A stretch of 64,000 nucleotides of DNA from an uncultured Actinomycetes bacterium (GTDB lineage: Bacteria > Actinomycetota > Acidimicrobiia > Acidimicrobiales > RAAP-2). A program made the translations under genes and the position numbers. This document shows positions 10,351-19,693 of the stretch, piece after piece (the stretch's first letter is position 1; each line of letters starts with the position of its first letter). The DNA lies in the NCBI GenBank assembly GCA_903870905.1, contig CAIQEU010000020.1:16311-80310 (forward strand), read 5' to 3'. Below the pieces are notes generated by a model. It was not told the origin of the DNA and searched no databases. It worked only from the letters and a program-made list of their open reading frames with translations.

Positions 10351-10386
10351 GCAGAACGCCCCTCACCGAAGCGAGGGGCGTTCTGC
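10351..10386 (-). terminator. Hairpin terminator after hup (possibly bidirectional)
   Basis: GCAGAACGCCCCTC-ACCGAAGC-GAGGGGCGTTCTGC. On the minus strand it is followed by TTT, about 30 nt past the hup stop. Confidence 0.7.
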
Positions 10387-10416
10387 AGACTGCTCATGCG
10401 CCAGGCGGCGCAGTGA

Positions 10417-10701
10417 CTACTTCTTGGCGCCCTTGACGGCAGCCTTGAACTTGGCGCCGACGCTGACCTTGACGGCCTTGGAGGCTGCGACCTTGATGGC
10501 CTCGCCGGTCTGGGGGTTACGCGCCGTGCGGGCCTTGCGGTCCACGCGGTCGAACGTCACGAAGCCAGTGAGGGCAACCTTCTCACCCTTGCTGACGTTC
10601 TTGGTCACGACTTCCTCGAAGGCATCGATGACAGCGCCAACGTCCTTCTGGGTCATCTCAGTGTGGCTAGCAATTGCGCTGATCAGCTCGCTCTTGTTCA
10701 C
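10417..10701 (-). CDS. hup: Nucleoid-associated DNA-binding protein HU
   Basis: VNKSELISAIASHTEMTQKDVG...RNPQTGEAI. AAGGAG lies 10 nt upstream of GTG 10701. The ORF-track start 10881 is a spurious extension. Confidence 0.93.
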   Translation of the reverse strand: MNKSELISAIASHTEMTQKDVGAVIDAFEEVVTKNVSKGEKVALTGFVTFDRVDRKARTARNPQTGEAIKVAASKAVKVSVGAKFKAAVKGAKK

Positions 10702-10842
10702 GAGGTGAACTCTCCTTGTTCTGTGGGGACCCGGACGGCCCACCGCTGTACGGCCACATTGTTGCCCATTTCTGGCCCCAACGCGCGGATTTCCCGAAAG
10801 TTTCCCATTCGCCTCGTGGCGAGGTGGTCGAATCGGTCTCGG

Positions 10843-10848
10843 TAGGAT
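10843..10848 (+). promoter_or_regulatory. Candidate -10 box (TAGGAT) for the aminotransferase/dtxR/obg transcription unit
   Basis: TANNNT hexamer in the hup/aminotransferase divergent spacer, about 26 nt upstream of GTG 10875, which has a GAGGAG SD. Confidence 0.35.
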
Positions 10849-10874
10849 CAGCGGTGGACCACCGAGGAGACCTT

Positions 10875-12248
10875 GTGCCAACCGTCGATCGCCAGCGACT
10901 TGTCGACCTCATCGCAGCAGAATCTGCGCACTACGTCGACGCGCATCCTGCCTCAGCTGCCGTTTCTGCTCGAGCGGATCACCTGCTCGGCCGAGTGCCC
11001 ATGACGTGGATGAACAAGTGGGCCGGTGGATTCCCGCTGGCCTTCTCCCATGCCCACGGCGCCACGATCACCGACCTCGACGGGCACACCTACGTGGACT
11101 TCGCGCTCGGTGATACCGGAGCGATGGCTGGCCACTCCCCAGCGCCCACCGTCGCAGCGGTGCGCCGTCGACTCGAAGAGTTCGGCGGCATCACCACCAT
11201 GCTCACGACCGAAGACGCTGAGTGGGTTGGCGCAGAACTCGCCCGGCGGTTCAGTGTGGACGCCTGGAGCTTCACGTTGTCGGCGACCGACGCCAATCGG
11301 TTCGCCTGCCGACTCGCTCGAATGGTGACCGGTCGACCCAAGGTCTTGGTCTTCAACTACAGCTACCACGGCTCGGTCGATGAGACCTTCGTCACGCTCG
11401 ACGCCAATGGGCACCCACGCAGCCGACCCGGAAACGTCGGTCCAGCCGTTGATCCAACGACGACCACAGTGGTGGTGGAGTTCAACGATGCGACTTCGGT
11501 GGCCGCAGCCCTCGCCGGCGGCGACGTCGCCCTCGTCTTGTGTGAGCCAGCCCTCACCAATATTGGGATCGTGCTGCCCGAACCTGGGTTCCTAGACGCC
11601 GTGCGGGCCGCGTGCGATGCGACCGGAACCCTGCTGCTCATCGATGAGACCCACACCTACTCCCTGGGCGAAGGTGGGGCCACCATGGCGTGGGATCTGC
11701 GCCCTGACGTGGTCACCATTGGAAAGGCCATCGGCGGCGGCATTCCCTGCGGCGCCTACGGCGTCACGAGTGCGGTGGCGCAGCGCATTGCTGATGCCGC
11801 CTCGACTGGTGCCGACATCGTCGACGTTGGGGGAGTGGGCGGGACGCTCTCGGGGAATGCGCTCAGTCTGGCGGCGATGCGCGCCACGCTCGGCGAGGTG
11901 CTCGTGCCTGCAGCCTTCGCACGCATGGAGGCGCTCGCCACACGGTTCGTTGCTGGCGTGCAGGCAGGGTTCGAGGCCACGGGGGCACCGTTCTCCGTGG
12001 TGCAGCTCGGGTGTCGAGCGGAGTATCGCTTCACCAGTCCGGCACCGAGGAGTGGGGGAGCAGCAGCGCGGGCAGAAGACGACCAGCTCAACACCTACTT
12101 CCACCTCTTCCTCGCGAACCGAGGGGTGCTCATCACCCCCTTCCACAACATGGCCCTCATGTGTCCCGACACCACAGCGGCAGACGTTGATCGACATACT
12201 GAGGTGTTCACCGATGCCTTGGCGGCGCTCTTCGGTGATGTCCGGTGA
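10875..12248 (+). CDS. Class-III PLP aminotransferase, glutamate-1-semialdehyde aminomutase-like
   Basis: HemL-like PLP-lysine motif VVTIGKAIGGGIPCGAYG, plus FNYSYHGS. GAGGAG SD precedes GTG 10875. The exact substrate is not inferable. Confidence 0.8.
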   Translation: MPTVDRQRLVDLIAAESAHYVDAHPASAAVSARADHLLGRVPMTWMNKWAGGFPLAFSHAHGATITDLDGHTYVDFALGDTGAMAGHSPAPTVAAVRRRLEEFGGITTMLTTEDAEWVGAELARRFSVDAWSFTLSATDANRFACRLARMVTGRPKVLVFNYSYHGSVDETFVTLDANGHPRSRPGNVGPAVDPTTTTVVVEFNDATSVAAALAGGDVALVLCEPALTNIGIVLPEPGFLDAVRAACDATGTLLLIDETHTYSLGEGGATMAWDLRPDVVTIGKAIGGGIPCGAYGVTSAVAQRIADAASTGADIVDVGGVGGTLSGNALSLAAMRATLGEVLVPAAFARMEALATRFVAGVQAGFEATGAPFSVVQLGCRAEYRFTSPAPRSGGAAARAEDDQLNTYFHLFLANRGVLITPFHNMALMCPDTTAADVDRHTEVFTDALAALFGDVR

Positions 12249-12916
12249 GCGAGGAGGGCTACCACACGCCAGTCGAGGAGTACTTAGAGGCCATCTTCTC
12301 CCTCGCAGAGGAGGGGACGACGGTGATCGCCGCTCGAGTGGCCGAACGGCTGGGTCGAACTGCGGCGTCAGTGTCGGAGATGCTCGACCGGCTCCAAGAC
12401 GACGGGTTCATTCTCCGCAGCGGGCGCACCATTTCGCTGACGGCCACCGGAACCCGCCTTGCCACCTCGGTGGTGCGACGACACCGCCTCGCCGAGCGGT
12501 TGCTCGTCGACGTGATCGGGCTGGAGTGGCACAAGGCGCATGCTGAAGCAGGCCGGTGGGAACACGTGATCTCTGCTGATGTTGAGGAGCGACTCATCGC
12601 CCTCCTCGGAGATCCGGCAACCTGTCCTCACGGCAATCCCATCCCTGGCTCGAGCAACGTCGCTCCGCGTGGCGGGGTGACCTTGGACTCGGTCACGCTC
12701 TCCGGTTCCTACGCGTTCGTGCGAATCGCCGAATCCTTGGAGACCAACGACCACGCCATGGCCGACCTCGAACGTGCCGGAGCCTTGCCCGGTGGTGTGG
12801 TCAGCGTCGCCGTTGGTGCTGATCGCACCTGGCAGGTCACCGGGACTGACGGCGTCCTCACCGTCGACGCCATCGTTGGCGAACAACTCTTCGTTGCGCA
12901 GCTCCCCGGGCCGTAG
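12245..12916 (+). CDS. DtxR/IdeR/MntR-family metal-dependent transcriptional regulator
   Basis: TPVEEYLEAIFSL...RHRLAERLL...WHKAHAEA...CPHGNPIP with a C-terminal SH3-like domain. GTG overlaps the upstream stop (GTGA). Confidence 0.88.
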   Translation: MSEEGYHTPVEEYLEAIFSLAEEGTTVIAARVAERLGRTAASVSEMLDRLQDDGFILRSGRTISLTATGTRLATSVVRRHRLAERLLVDVIGLEWHKAHAEAGRWEHVISADVEERLIALLGDPATCPHGNPIPGSSNVAPRGGVTLDSVTLSGSYAFVRIAESLETNDHAMADLERAGALPGGVVSVAVGADRTWQVTGTDGVLTVDAIVGEQLFVAQLPGP

Positions 12917-12919
12917 GCT
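12914..12919 (+). promoter_or_regulatory. Candidate -10 box (TAGGCT) 6 nt upstream of the obg ATG
   Basis: TANNNT-N6-ATG geometry. The hexamer includes the TAG stop of the DtxR-like gene. Confidence 0.3.
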
Positions 12920-12925
12920 GAGGGT

Positions 12926-14272
12926 ATGTCCACCTTCGTCGATCGCGCGCAGCTCCATGCCAAGGCGGGTGACGGCGGTGCAGGCTGCGTGTCGTTCCGT
13001 AGAGAGAGCCATGTGCCTGAAGGTGGTCCCGATGGCGGTGATGGTGGTCGTGGTGGCGATGTCTGGCTGATCGCTGATCGCAACATCGCTTCGCTCCTCA
13101 GCTTCCGTGACCACCCCCATCGTGGCGCCACTTCTGGCGTTCACGGAATGGGGAAGAAGCGACATGGAGCCTCCGGGAACGACTGTCTCGTCAAGGTGCC
13201 GGTTGGCACCGTGGTCACCACGCTTGAAGGCGAAGAGATCGTCGACCTCGCCAACCACGGCGAGCGCTACCGCATCGCCGAAGGCGGCAAGGGCGGACAC
13301 GGCAACGCAAAGTTCCTCTCCAACTCCCGTCGAGCTCCTGGGTTCGCCGAACAGGGCGAGCATGGTGAGGAGCTGTGGTGCAACCTCGAACTGAAGCTGA
13401 TGGCCGATGTTGCGCTCGTGGGATTCCCGAACGTTGGAAAGTCCACGCTGATCGCAGCGGTCTCCGCCGCCCGCCCGAAGGTTGCCAACTACCCCTTCAC
13501 GACGCTCGAGCCACATCTCGGCGTGGTCCGGTATCCAAGGAATGCTCCGGAAGCGTTTGAGTTCGTGATGGCCGACATTCCTGGCCTCATTGAAGGCGCT
13601 GCTTCCGGCAAGGGTCTTGGCCTCGAGTTCCTCCGTCACGTGGAGCGAGCTCGAGTCCTGCTCTACCTGCTCGATCTCGGCGAAGAGGCTCCGGAGTCCC
13701 CGGAGCGCCAGCTCGAGGTTCTCCGCCACGAACTCGGGGAGTACTTGCCTGAACTGCTCGAGCGGCCAACGCTGGTCGTTGGATCCAAAGTTGACCTCGT
13801 CGAATCCGATTCGCTCGCTGGTCTGCCCATTGCGCTCGGGATCTCTGGTGCGACGCACCACAACATCGATCGACTCCTCGGCCTGCTCACCACCATGGTC
13901 GCTGACGTTCGGGTCGTCGAAGAAGAGACCTCAGCGCTCGGTGACGTCGTCATCCACCGCCCCGTTGCTGAACAGGCCTCAGCGGTCAACGAAGGAGACG
14001 GTCAGTGGCGTCTCGTCGGCCGCGCCGCCGAGCGCGCGGTGGGACTGTCTGACCTGTCGAATCCAGCCGCCATGGACGAAGTCGTGCGGAGGTTGGAGAA
14101 GCTCGGCATCGATCGTCTGCTCAGTCGAGCCGGCGCCCGAGATGGCGATGAGGTCACGATTGGTGACTTCAGCTTCACCTGGTACCGAGCCGGATCCGAT
14201 GCCGCGCTCGACGCGGCCCTGCACCCCGACCGCGACTCTCGACGCAAGACGAGGCGAGAGCGATCGACATGA
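12926..14272 (+). CDS. obg: GTPase Obg/CgtA
   Basis: Gly-rich Obg fold (GGDGGRGGDV), G1 GFPNVGKST, G3 DIPGLIEGA, and a C-terminal OCT/TGS-like domain. Confidence 0.95.
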   Translation: MSTFVDRAQLHAKAGDGGAGCVSFRRESHVPEGGPDGGDGGRGGDVWLIADRNIASLLSFRDHPHRGATSGVHGMGKKRHGASGNDCLVKVPVGTVVTTLEGEEIVDLANHGERYRIAEGGKGGHGNAKFLSNSRRAPGFAEQGEHGEELWCNLELKLMADVALVGFPNVGKSTLIAAVSAARPKVANYPFTTLEPHLGVVRYPRNAPEAFEFVMADIPGLIEGAASGKGLGLEFLRHVERARVLLYLLDLGEEAPESPERQLEVLRHELGEYLPELLERPTLVVGSKVDLVESDSLAGLPIALGISGATHHNIDRLLGLLTTMVADVRVVEEETSALGDVVIHRPVAEQASAVNEGDGQWRLVGRAAERAVGLSDLSNPAAMDEVVRRLEKLGIDRLLSRAGARDGDEVTIGDFSFTWYRAGSDAALDAALHPDRDSRRKTRRERST

Positions 14273-15387
14273 CCACCGTGGTGATCAAGGTCGGTTCCTC
14301 ATCGGTGACCACCCCTGAAGGAACGGCCAATCGAGCGGCACTCGATGCCATTGCTGGCGATGTGGCTGCACTGCGCGATGGCGGGACTGACGTGGTGATC
14401 GTGACCTCAGGAGCCGTCGCGCTTGGCTGGTCGGCGATTGCTGGCGACGCTGCTCGCCCAAAGGAGATCGTGGCGCTCCAGGCCGCCTCGGCCGTTGGGC
14501 AGCACCGAGTCATGGAGGCGTGGCAACGCAGTTTGGGTCACCACCAACTCGTCGGAGGCCAGGTGTTGCTCGGATCACTCGATTTCGGCCATCGCCAGCA
14601 GTACCTCCACGCCCGTCGGACCCTTCGCCAGCTCCTCGACTTCGGTGTGGTGCCCATCGTCAATGAGAACGACGCGACGAGCGACGAGGAAATCCGATTC
14701 GGCGACAACGACCGCCTCGCTGCGCTCGTGGCCCAGCTCGTCGACGCTCAGCACTTGATCTTGTTGACCGATACCGCCGGGCTCTTCACCGCCGATCCCC
14801 GAGTGGCAGCAGACGCCTCGCTCATCTCGGTGGTAGAGGAGATCGACGAGGCGGTACTCCTCATCGCTGGAGGAACACGGTCAGCAGTGGGCTCGGGAGG
14901 GATGGCGTCCAAGGTGGCTGCAGCCAGAATCGGGACGGCCTCTGGGGTGACGGTGACCATTGCCGAGGCCGAGCGTCCCCACGTCGTACGCGACGCCATT
15001 GCTGGGGAGTCCGTCGGCACGAAGTTCCTCGCCAAGGACAAGACGCTGTCGGCACGAAAACTCTGGATTGCCTTCGCCCTGTCACCCGTTGGTTCGGTGA
15101 CCGTCGACGACGGTGCTGCTCGAGCGGTGATGAGCGACGGCCGTTCACTCCTCGCTGCTGGGGTGACTGCAGTGTCGGGAACCTTCGATGCTGGCGATGC
15201 AATTTCGGTGATTGGGCCGCACGGTCTCTTCGCACGAGGGCTTGCGTCGGTGCCGTCGTCGGTAGCGATCAGCCTCATGGGTCAGCGCAGGGCTGACCAC
15301 GAGGGGCGTCAGCGCTCGGAGATCATCCACCGTGATGACCTCGTGGTCCTCGTTGAGGCACCAAATGGCAACGGTAAGATGGCCTGA
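14269..15387 (+). CDS. proB: Glutamate 5-kinase
   Basis: VVIKVGSSSVT, NENDAT and a PUA domain at the C-terminus. ATGA overlap with obg. Confidence 0.93.
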   Translation: MTTVVIKVGSSSVTTPEGTANRAALDAIAGDVAALRDGGTDVVIVTSGAVALGWSAIAGDAARPKEIVALQAASAVGQHRVMEAWQRSLGHHQLVGGQVLLGSLDFGHRQQYLHARRTLRQLLDFGVVPIVNENDATSDEEIRFGDNDRLAALVAQLVDAQHLILLTDTAGLFTADPRVAADASLISVVEEIDEAVLLIAGGTRSAVGSGGMASKVAAARIGTASGVTVTIAEAERPHVVRDAIAGESVGTKFLAKDKTLSARKLWIAFALSPVGSVTVDDGAARAVMSDGRSLLAAGVTAVSGTFDAGDAISVIGPHGLFARGLASVPSSVAISLMGQRRADHEGRQRSEIIHRDDLVVLVEAPNGNGKMA

Positions 15388-16625
15388 TGGCTGACCTCCT
15401 CGCGCAGGCCGCTGCGGTGAAGGCGGCAGCTCGTCCACTCGCATCGTCGAGTTCAGCCATGCGGAACGACTTCCTTCTCCACGCAGCAAACTCGCTCGAC
15501 GCTGAAGGTGCAGCCGTCCTCGCCGCCAATGCTCACGATCTCGCCGAGCACGGTGCAACCCTGACCAGTGCCGCTCGGGATCGCCTCACGCTGACATCGG
15601 ATCGGATCAGTCAGATGGCCGCAGGGCTCCGCCAAGTTGCTGCACTGCCCGATCCACTGGGCGAGGTCGTCGACGGATGGCGAAGGCCCAATGGTCTGGA
15701 CGTCCGCCGTGTCCGCGTGCCCCTCGGTGTGGTCGGCATCATCTACGAGAATCGACCGAACGTGACCTCTGATGCAGCGGGCCTCTGTATCAAGTCCGGC
15801 AACTGCGCCTACCTGCGGGGTTCGTCGACGGCGCAGCGGACGAACCAGGTCATCGTCGACCTCCTCCGGAGGAGCGCGGTCGCGGTTGGACTCCCTGAGG
15901 ACGTCGTCGCCCTCGTGGCCGACACCTCCCACGACGCAGCAGCCCGCTTCATGGGGCTGAGTGGGTACCTCGATTGCCTGATCCCTCGCGGTGGCCCGGC
16001 GCTCATCGCGTCGATGAAGCAGCACGCCACCGTCCCGACCATCCTCGACGGCGACGGCAACTGTCACCTCTACGTGTGCGAGCAGGCAAACTTGGCGAGG
16101 GCCCTCCGGCTCATCGATAACGGGAAGCGGCAACGCCCAGGCGTGTGCAATGCCACCGAAACCCTCCTCGTCCACGCTGATCGAGCAGCAGATTTCCTCC
16201 CCGTTGTTGCCGAGGTCCTCGACGACGTCGAATTGCGAGGGTGCTCCCGAACCTGCGCCATCGTCCCTCGGGCGATTCCGGCGACCGACGAGGACTACGC
16301 CACTGAATTCGGGTCACTCACCTTGTCGGTGAAGGTGGTCGACGACATCGACGAGGCCATCTCGCACATCGCCACCTACTCGACCGGGCACTCCGAGGCC
16401 ATCTGCACCGACAGTCAGTACTTCGCGGACTACTTCGTCCGATCCGTTGACGCTGCTGCCGTGCTCGTGAATGCCTCGACCCGATTCGTCGACGGCGAAC
16501 AACTCGGCCTCGGCGCCGAAATTGGCATTTCGACCCAGAAGTTACATGCGCGTGGTCCAATGGGGCTGCGCGAACTCACCACCGCAAAATGGATCATCAC
16601 AGGACAAGGACAGGTGCGGACGTGA
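15387..16625 (+). CDS. proA: Gamma-glutamyl phosphate reductase
   Basis: Aldehyde-dehydrogenase fold with catalytic Cys in VCNATETLLVH. TGATG overlap with proB. Confidence 0.93.
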   Translation: MADLLAQAAAVKAAARPLASSSSAMRNDFLLHAANSLDAEGAAVLAANAHDLAEHGATLTSAARDRLTLTSDRISQMAAGLRQVAALPDPLGEVVDGWRRPNGLDVRRVRVPLGVVGIIYENRPNVTSDAAGLCIKSGNCAYLRGSSTAQRTNQVIVDLLRRSAVAVGLPEDVVALVADTSHDAAARFMGLSGYLDCLIPRGGPALIASMKQHATVPTILDGDGNCHLYVCEQANLARALRLIDNGKRQRPGVCNATETLLVHADRAADFLPVVAEVLDDVELRGCSRTCAIVPRAIPATDEDYATEFGSLTLSVKVVDDIDEAISHIATYSTGHSEAICTDSQYFADYFVRSVDAAAVLVNASTRFVDGEQLGLGAEIGISTQKLHARGPMGLRELTTAKWIITGQGQVRT

Positions 16626-17554
16626 CCAGCGTCGACTACAACTCCCTCGGTTTCGACGAGGACGCAACCCCGAGATTCGACAGCCCGGCTTCGGTGCGGG
16701 ACCGACTCGGCGAGGTGCAGTACCTCTCCAACGACGCCATCTCCTCGGTGGTGTACTTGGCTGACCGATTGCGCAAGCCCATTCTCGTCGAGGGTCCTGC
16801 CGGTACGGGAAAGACGCAGCTGGCCAAGTCCGTTGCCGAGATCACCGGCGCTCGTCTCATTCGCCTCCAGTGCTACGAAGGCCTCGATGAGGGCAAGGCG
16901 CTCTACGAGTGGAACTACCGCAAGCAGCTGCTCCGCATCCAAGCGGGTCAATCTGGTGATGCGGCACCGGTGACGGCGGAGTCCTGGCACAACTTGGAAG
17001 AGGACATCTTCTCCGAGGAGTTCCTCCTCACCCGCCCCCTCCTCGAGGCCATTCGGGCCGAAGACCCGGTCGTGCTCCTCATCGACGAGATCGACCGAGT
17101 CGAACTCGAAACCGAGGCGCTCCTGCTCGAGATCCTCTCGGAGTTCCAGGTCTCGATTCCTGAACTCGGAACGGTGAAGGCCACGCAGTTCCCCCTCGTG
17201 TTCTTGACCTCGAACAACACCCGAGAGCTCTCCGAGGCGCTCAAACGTCGGTGCCTCTTCCTCCACATTGGCTACCCCGAACTCGACCGCGAACAGGCGA
17301 TCATCCAAGCCCGAGTGCCGGGCATCACGACCGAACTCGCCGAGCAAGTTGCTCGGCTCGTCGGAGCGCTTCGCACCATTGAGCTCAAGAAGGCGCCGTC
17401 GGTGTCAGAAACCATCGACTGGGCCCGCACGTTGGTGCTCCTCGGCAGGGAGTCGATCGACGCCGAGTCGGCCAAGGAGACCCTCCACATCCTCCTCAAG
17501 TACCAAACCGACATCGAGCGCGCGAACAGAGAACTCCTCTCGGTGGTGAAGTAG
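16622..17554 (+). CDS. MoxR-family AAA+ ATPase (CoxD-like)
   Basis: Walker A GPAGTGKT and Walker B VLLIDEIDR. GTG 16622 overlaps the proA stop (GTGA). Confidence 0.88.
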   Translation: MTSVDYNSLGFDEDATPRFDSPASVRDRLGEVQYLSNDAISSVVYLADRLRKPILVEGPAGTGKTQLAKSVAEITGARLIRLQCYEGLDEGKALYEWNYRKQLLRIQAGQSGDAAPVTAESWHNLEEDIFSEEFLLTRPLLEAIRAEDPVVLLIDEIDRVELETEALLLEILSEFQVSIPELGTVKATQFPLVFLTSNNTRELSEALKRRCLFLHIGYPELDREQAIIQARVPGITTELAEQVARLVGALRTIELKKAPSVSETIDWARTLVLLGRESIDAESAKETLHILLKYQTDIERANRELLSVVK

Positions 17555-17558
17555 TTCC

Positions 17559-19001
17559 ATGCTCGACCTGTTGTCGGGATTCGTCGTCGAACTGCGCAAC
17601 GCTGGTCTCCCGGTCTCGCTGACTGAGCACCTCGACGCTGCGGCGGCCATGTCGCACATCTCGCTTGAGGAGCGAACCACGCTGAAAGCTGCCCTAGCAG
17701 CAACGCTCGTGAAGGAAGAAGAGCACTACGCGGCCTTCGACCTCGCCTTCGAGGTCTTCTTCGCCATGCGAGATCCCGCACCAGAGGACCTCGACGATGC
17801 CGACCTCGGCCTCGAGAACGGCGAGACCGCGCAGCAGACGCCCTTGACGGGCTCAGGGCAGCAACGCGGCAGCGGCGGGGGAGGCGGGAGTGACCTGACG
17901 CCAGAGGAGCTGGCGAAACTCCTCATGTCTGCCCTCGTCTCCGGTGATGCCTCGTTGCTCAAGATGGTCGCCCAAGGCGCAGTCAGCCGCTTCGCTGGTA
18001 TGGAACCGGGGCGACCAGTGGGTGGGACCTACTACCTCTACCGGACGCTGCGGAACTTAGACGTCGACGGCGCCTCGGCTCGCTTGCTCGAGCAGCTGCG
18101 CGATGACCGGGGCGTGCTCGAGGGCAGCCTCGATGACCGACTGCTCCAAGCCGAGGTCGCAACCAAGATCGAACGATTGAAGAAGGCGGTCGAGGCAGAG
18201 ATCCGCAAGCGTCTCGTTGAAGACCGTGGCAAAGAAGCCCTGGCCAAGTCGGTTCGCAAGCCCCTTCCCGAAGACATCGACGTCATGCACGCCACGAAAG
18301 ATGAGCTGGTGCAGCTCCGTCGTATCCTCCAGCCGTTGTCGAGGAAGCTCGCCGTGCGCTTGGCTCGCAAGCGACGTCACGGAAAGCGCGGTGGTCTCGA
18401 CGTCCGCCAAACCGTTCGCAAGAGCTTGTCGACCGGTGGGGTGCCCATTGACCCCAGGTTCAAGAAGCCTCGACCGTCCAAGCCTGAGATTGTGGTGATC
18501 GCTGACATCTCGGGATCGGTGGCGTCCTTCGCTCGGTTCACGCTGCACCTCGTCCACGCGATTAGTTCGCAGTTCTCCAAGGTGCGAAGTTTCGTCTTCA
18601 TCGACGGCATCGACGAGGTCACCCGCTTCTTCGACGCCACCGATGACCCGACAGAGGCGGTCTACCGCATCAACACCGAAGCCGATGTCGTCTACTTAGA
18701 TGGCCACTCGGACTACGGCCACGCGCTTCGGACCTTCGACGAGCGATGGGGGAAAGAGATCAACCAGAAGACCACGGTCTTGATCTTGGGTGACGCCCGC
18801 AACAACTACCACGCATCAGAGGCGTGGGTGGTGAAGGCCATGGCCGAGCGGGCTCGTCACGTCTACTGGCTGAACCCTGAGCCACGCGACTACTGGGGAT
18901 CGGGCGACTCCATCGTCTTCGACTACGCCTCCTACTGCGACGGGGTGATTGAGTGTCGGACGCTTCGCCAGCTCGAAGACTTCGTTGGTGAACTGGCGTG
19001 A
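17559..19001 (+). CDS. VWA domain protein (CoxE-like MoxR partner)
   Basis: C-terminal VWA domain with MIDAS-type VVIADISGS. Starts 4 nt after the MoxR stop. Confidence 0.8.
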   Translation: MLDLLSGFVVELRNAGLPVSLTEHLDAAAAMSHISLEERTTLKAALAATLVKEEEHYAAFDLAFEVFFAMRDPAPEDLDDADLGLENGETAQQTPLTGSGQQRGSGGGGGSDLTPEELAKLLMSALVSGDASLLKMVAQGAVSRFAGMEPGRPVGGTYYLYRTLRNLDVDGASARLLEQLRDDRGVLEGSLDDRLLQAEVATKIERLKKAVEAEIRKRLVEDRGKEALAKSVRKPLPEDIDVMHATKDELVQLRRILQPLSRKLAVRLARKRRHGKRGGLDVRQTVRKSLSTGGVPIDPRFKKPRPSKPEIVVIADISGSVASFARFTLHLVHAISSQFSKVRSFVFIDGIDEVTRFFDATDDPTEAVYRINTEADVVYLDGHSDYGHALRTFDERWGKEINQKTTVLILGDARNNYHASEAWVVKAMAERARHVYWLNPEPRDYWGSGDSIVFDYASYCDGVIECRTLRQLEDFVGELA

Positions 19002-19687
19002 GCCACGGCCCTCGGCCTCCGAAGGGCATTCGCACCATTGGTGACCTCCCCGTGGGTGCGACTCGAGTGCTCCTGGTCCGCCACGGCCAGGCAGCCGCCA
19101 ACGTCGAGGGAAAGTTCGGCGGGCTGACCGGCTGTGATGGCCTCTCAGATCTCGGTCGCGATCAAGCCACGAAGCTCGCTCGACGATGGTCGCGAAGTGG
19201 TGAGGTTGACGACGCCACCATTCTGGTCAGTTCGGACCTTCGGCGAGCAATCGAAACGGCAGATCTGCTGAGCGCAGCGCTTCCGAGCGCTCGTCGTATC
19301 GCCCCTCGGCCTGGTGTTGCAGAACTGCATCCTGGTGACGCTGATGGGTTGACGTGGGCGCAGTACGCCGAGCGGTTCTCAGGCGTCGACTGGGACGTCG
19401 ATCCAACGGTGCCCATCGCTCCTTCGGGGGAGAGTTGGGCGACGTTCACCCAGCGCGCCGTTGCAGCCATCGACGCGCTGGCGCAGGAGTTCGCTGGGCA
19501 GACCATCGTCGTAGCGACCCACGCAGGGGTGGTTGAGTCCTCCATGCTCCACCACTGTTTCGGTGGGCCAGCGGGCCGACGCCTCGGTCTGCGAACCGAT
19601 CACGCGAGCGTGACCGAGTGGTTGATCACTGCCGAGCAGTGGTTCCTCGTGCGCTACAACCAGACTGAGGTTGCCCTCGAGGGGTAA
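18998..19687 (+). CDS. Histidine phosphatase superfamily protein (phosphoglycerate mutase-like)
   Basis: RHG catalytic motif in VLLVRHGQAAAN, with a later ATHAGV. GTGA overlap with the VWA gene. Confidence 0.8.
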   Translation: MSHGPRPPKGIRTIGDLPVGATRVLLVRHGQAAANVEGKFGGLTGCDGLSDLGRDQATKLARRWSRSGEVDDATILVSSDLRRAIETADLLSAALPSARRIAPRPGVAELHPGDADGLTWAQYAERFSGVDWDVDPTVPIAPSGESWATFTQRAVAAIDALAQEFAGQTIVVATHAGVVESSMLHHCFGGPAGRRLGLRTDHASVTEWLITAEQWFLVRYNQTEVALEG

Positions 19688-19693
19688 GGCTCG

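Noticed and set aside
12368-13861. A 497-aa ORF on the minus strand, antisense to the DtxR-like gene and obg. Similar long antisense ORFs lie at 24085-25428, 25181-26533, 32770-34368, 34544-36166, 44422-45678, 45285-46292 and 59348-60634.
   Set aside because: These are typical shadow ORFs of GC-rich coding DNA. Their translations are Arg/Gly/Pro/His-rich low-complexity strings with no motifs, while the sense-strand genes are unambiguous housekeeping proteins.
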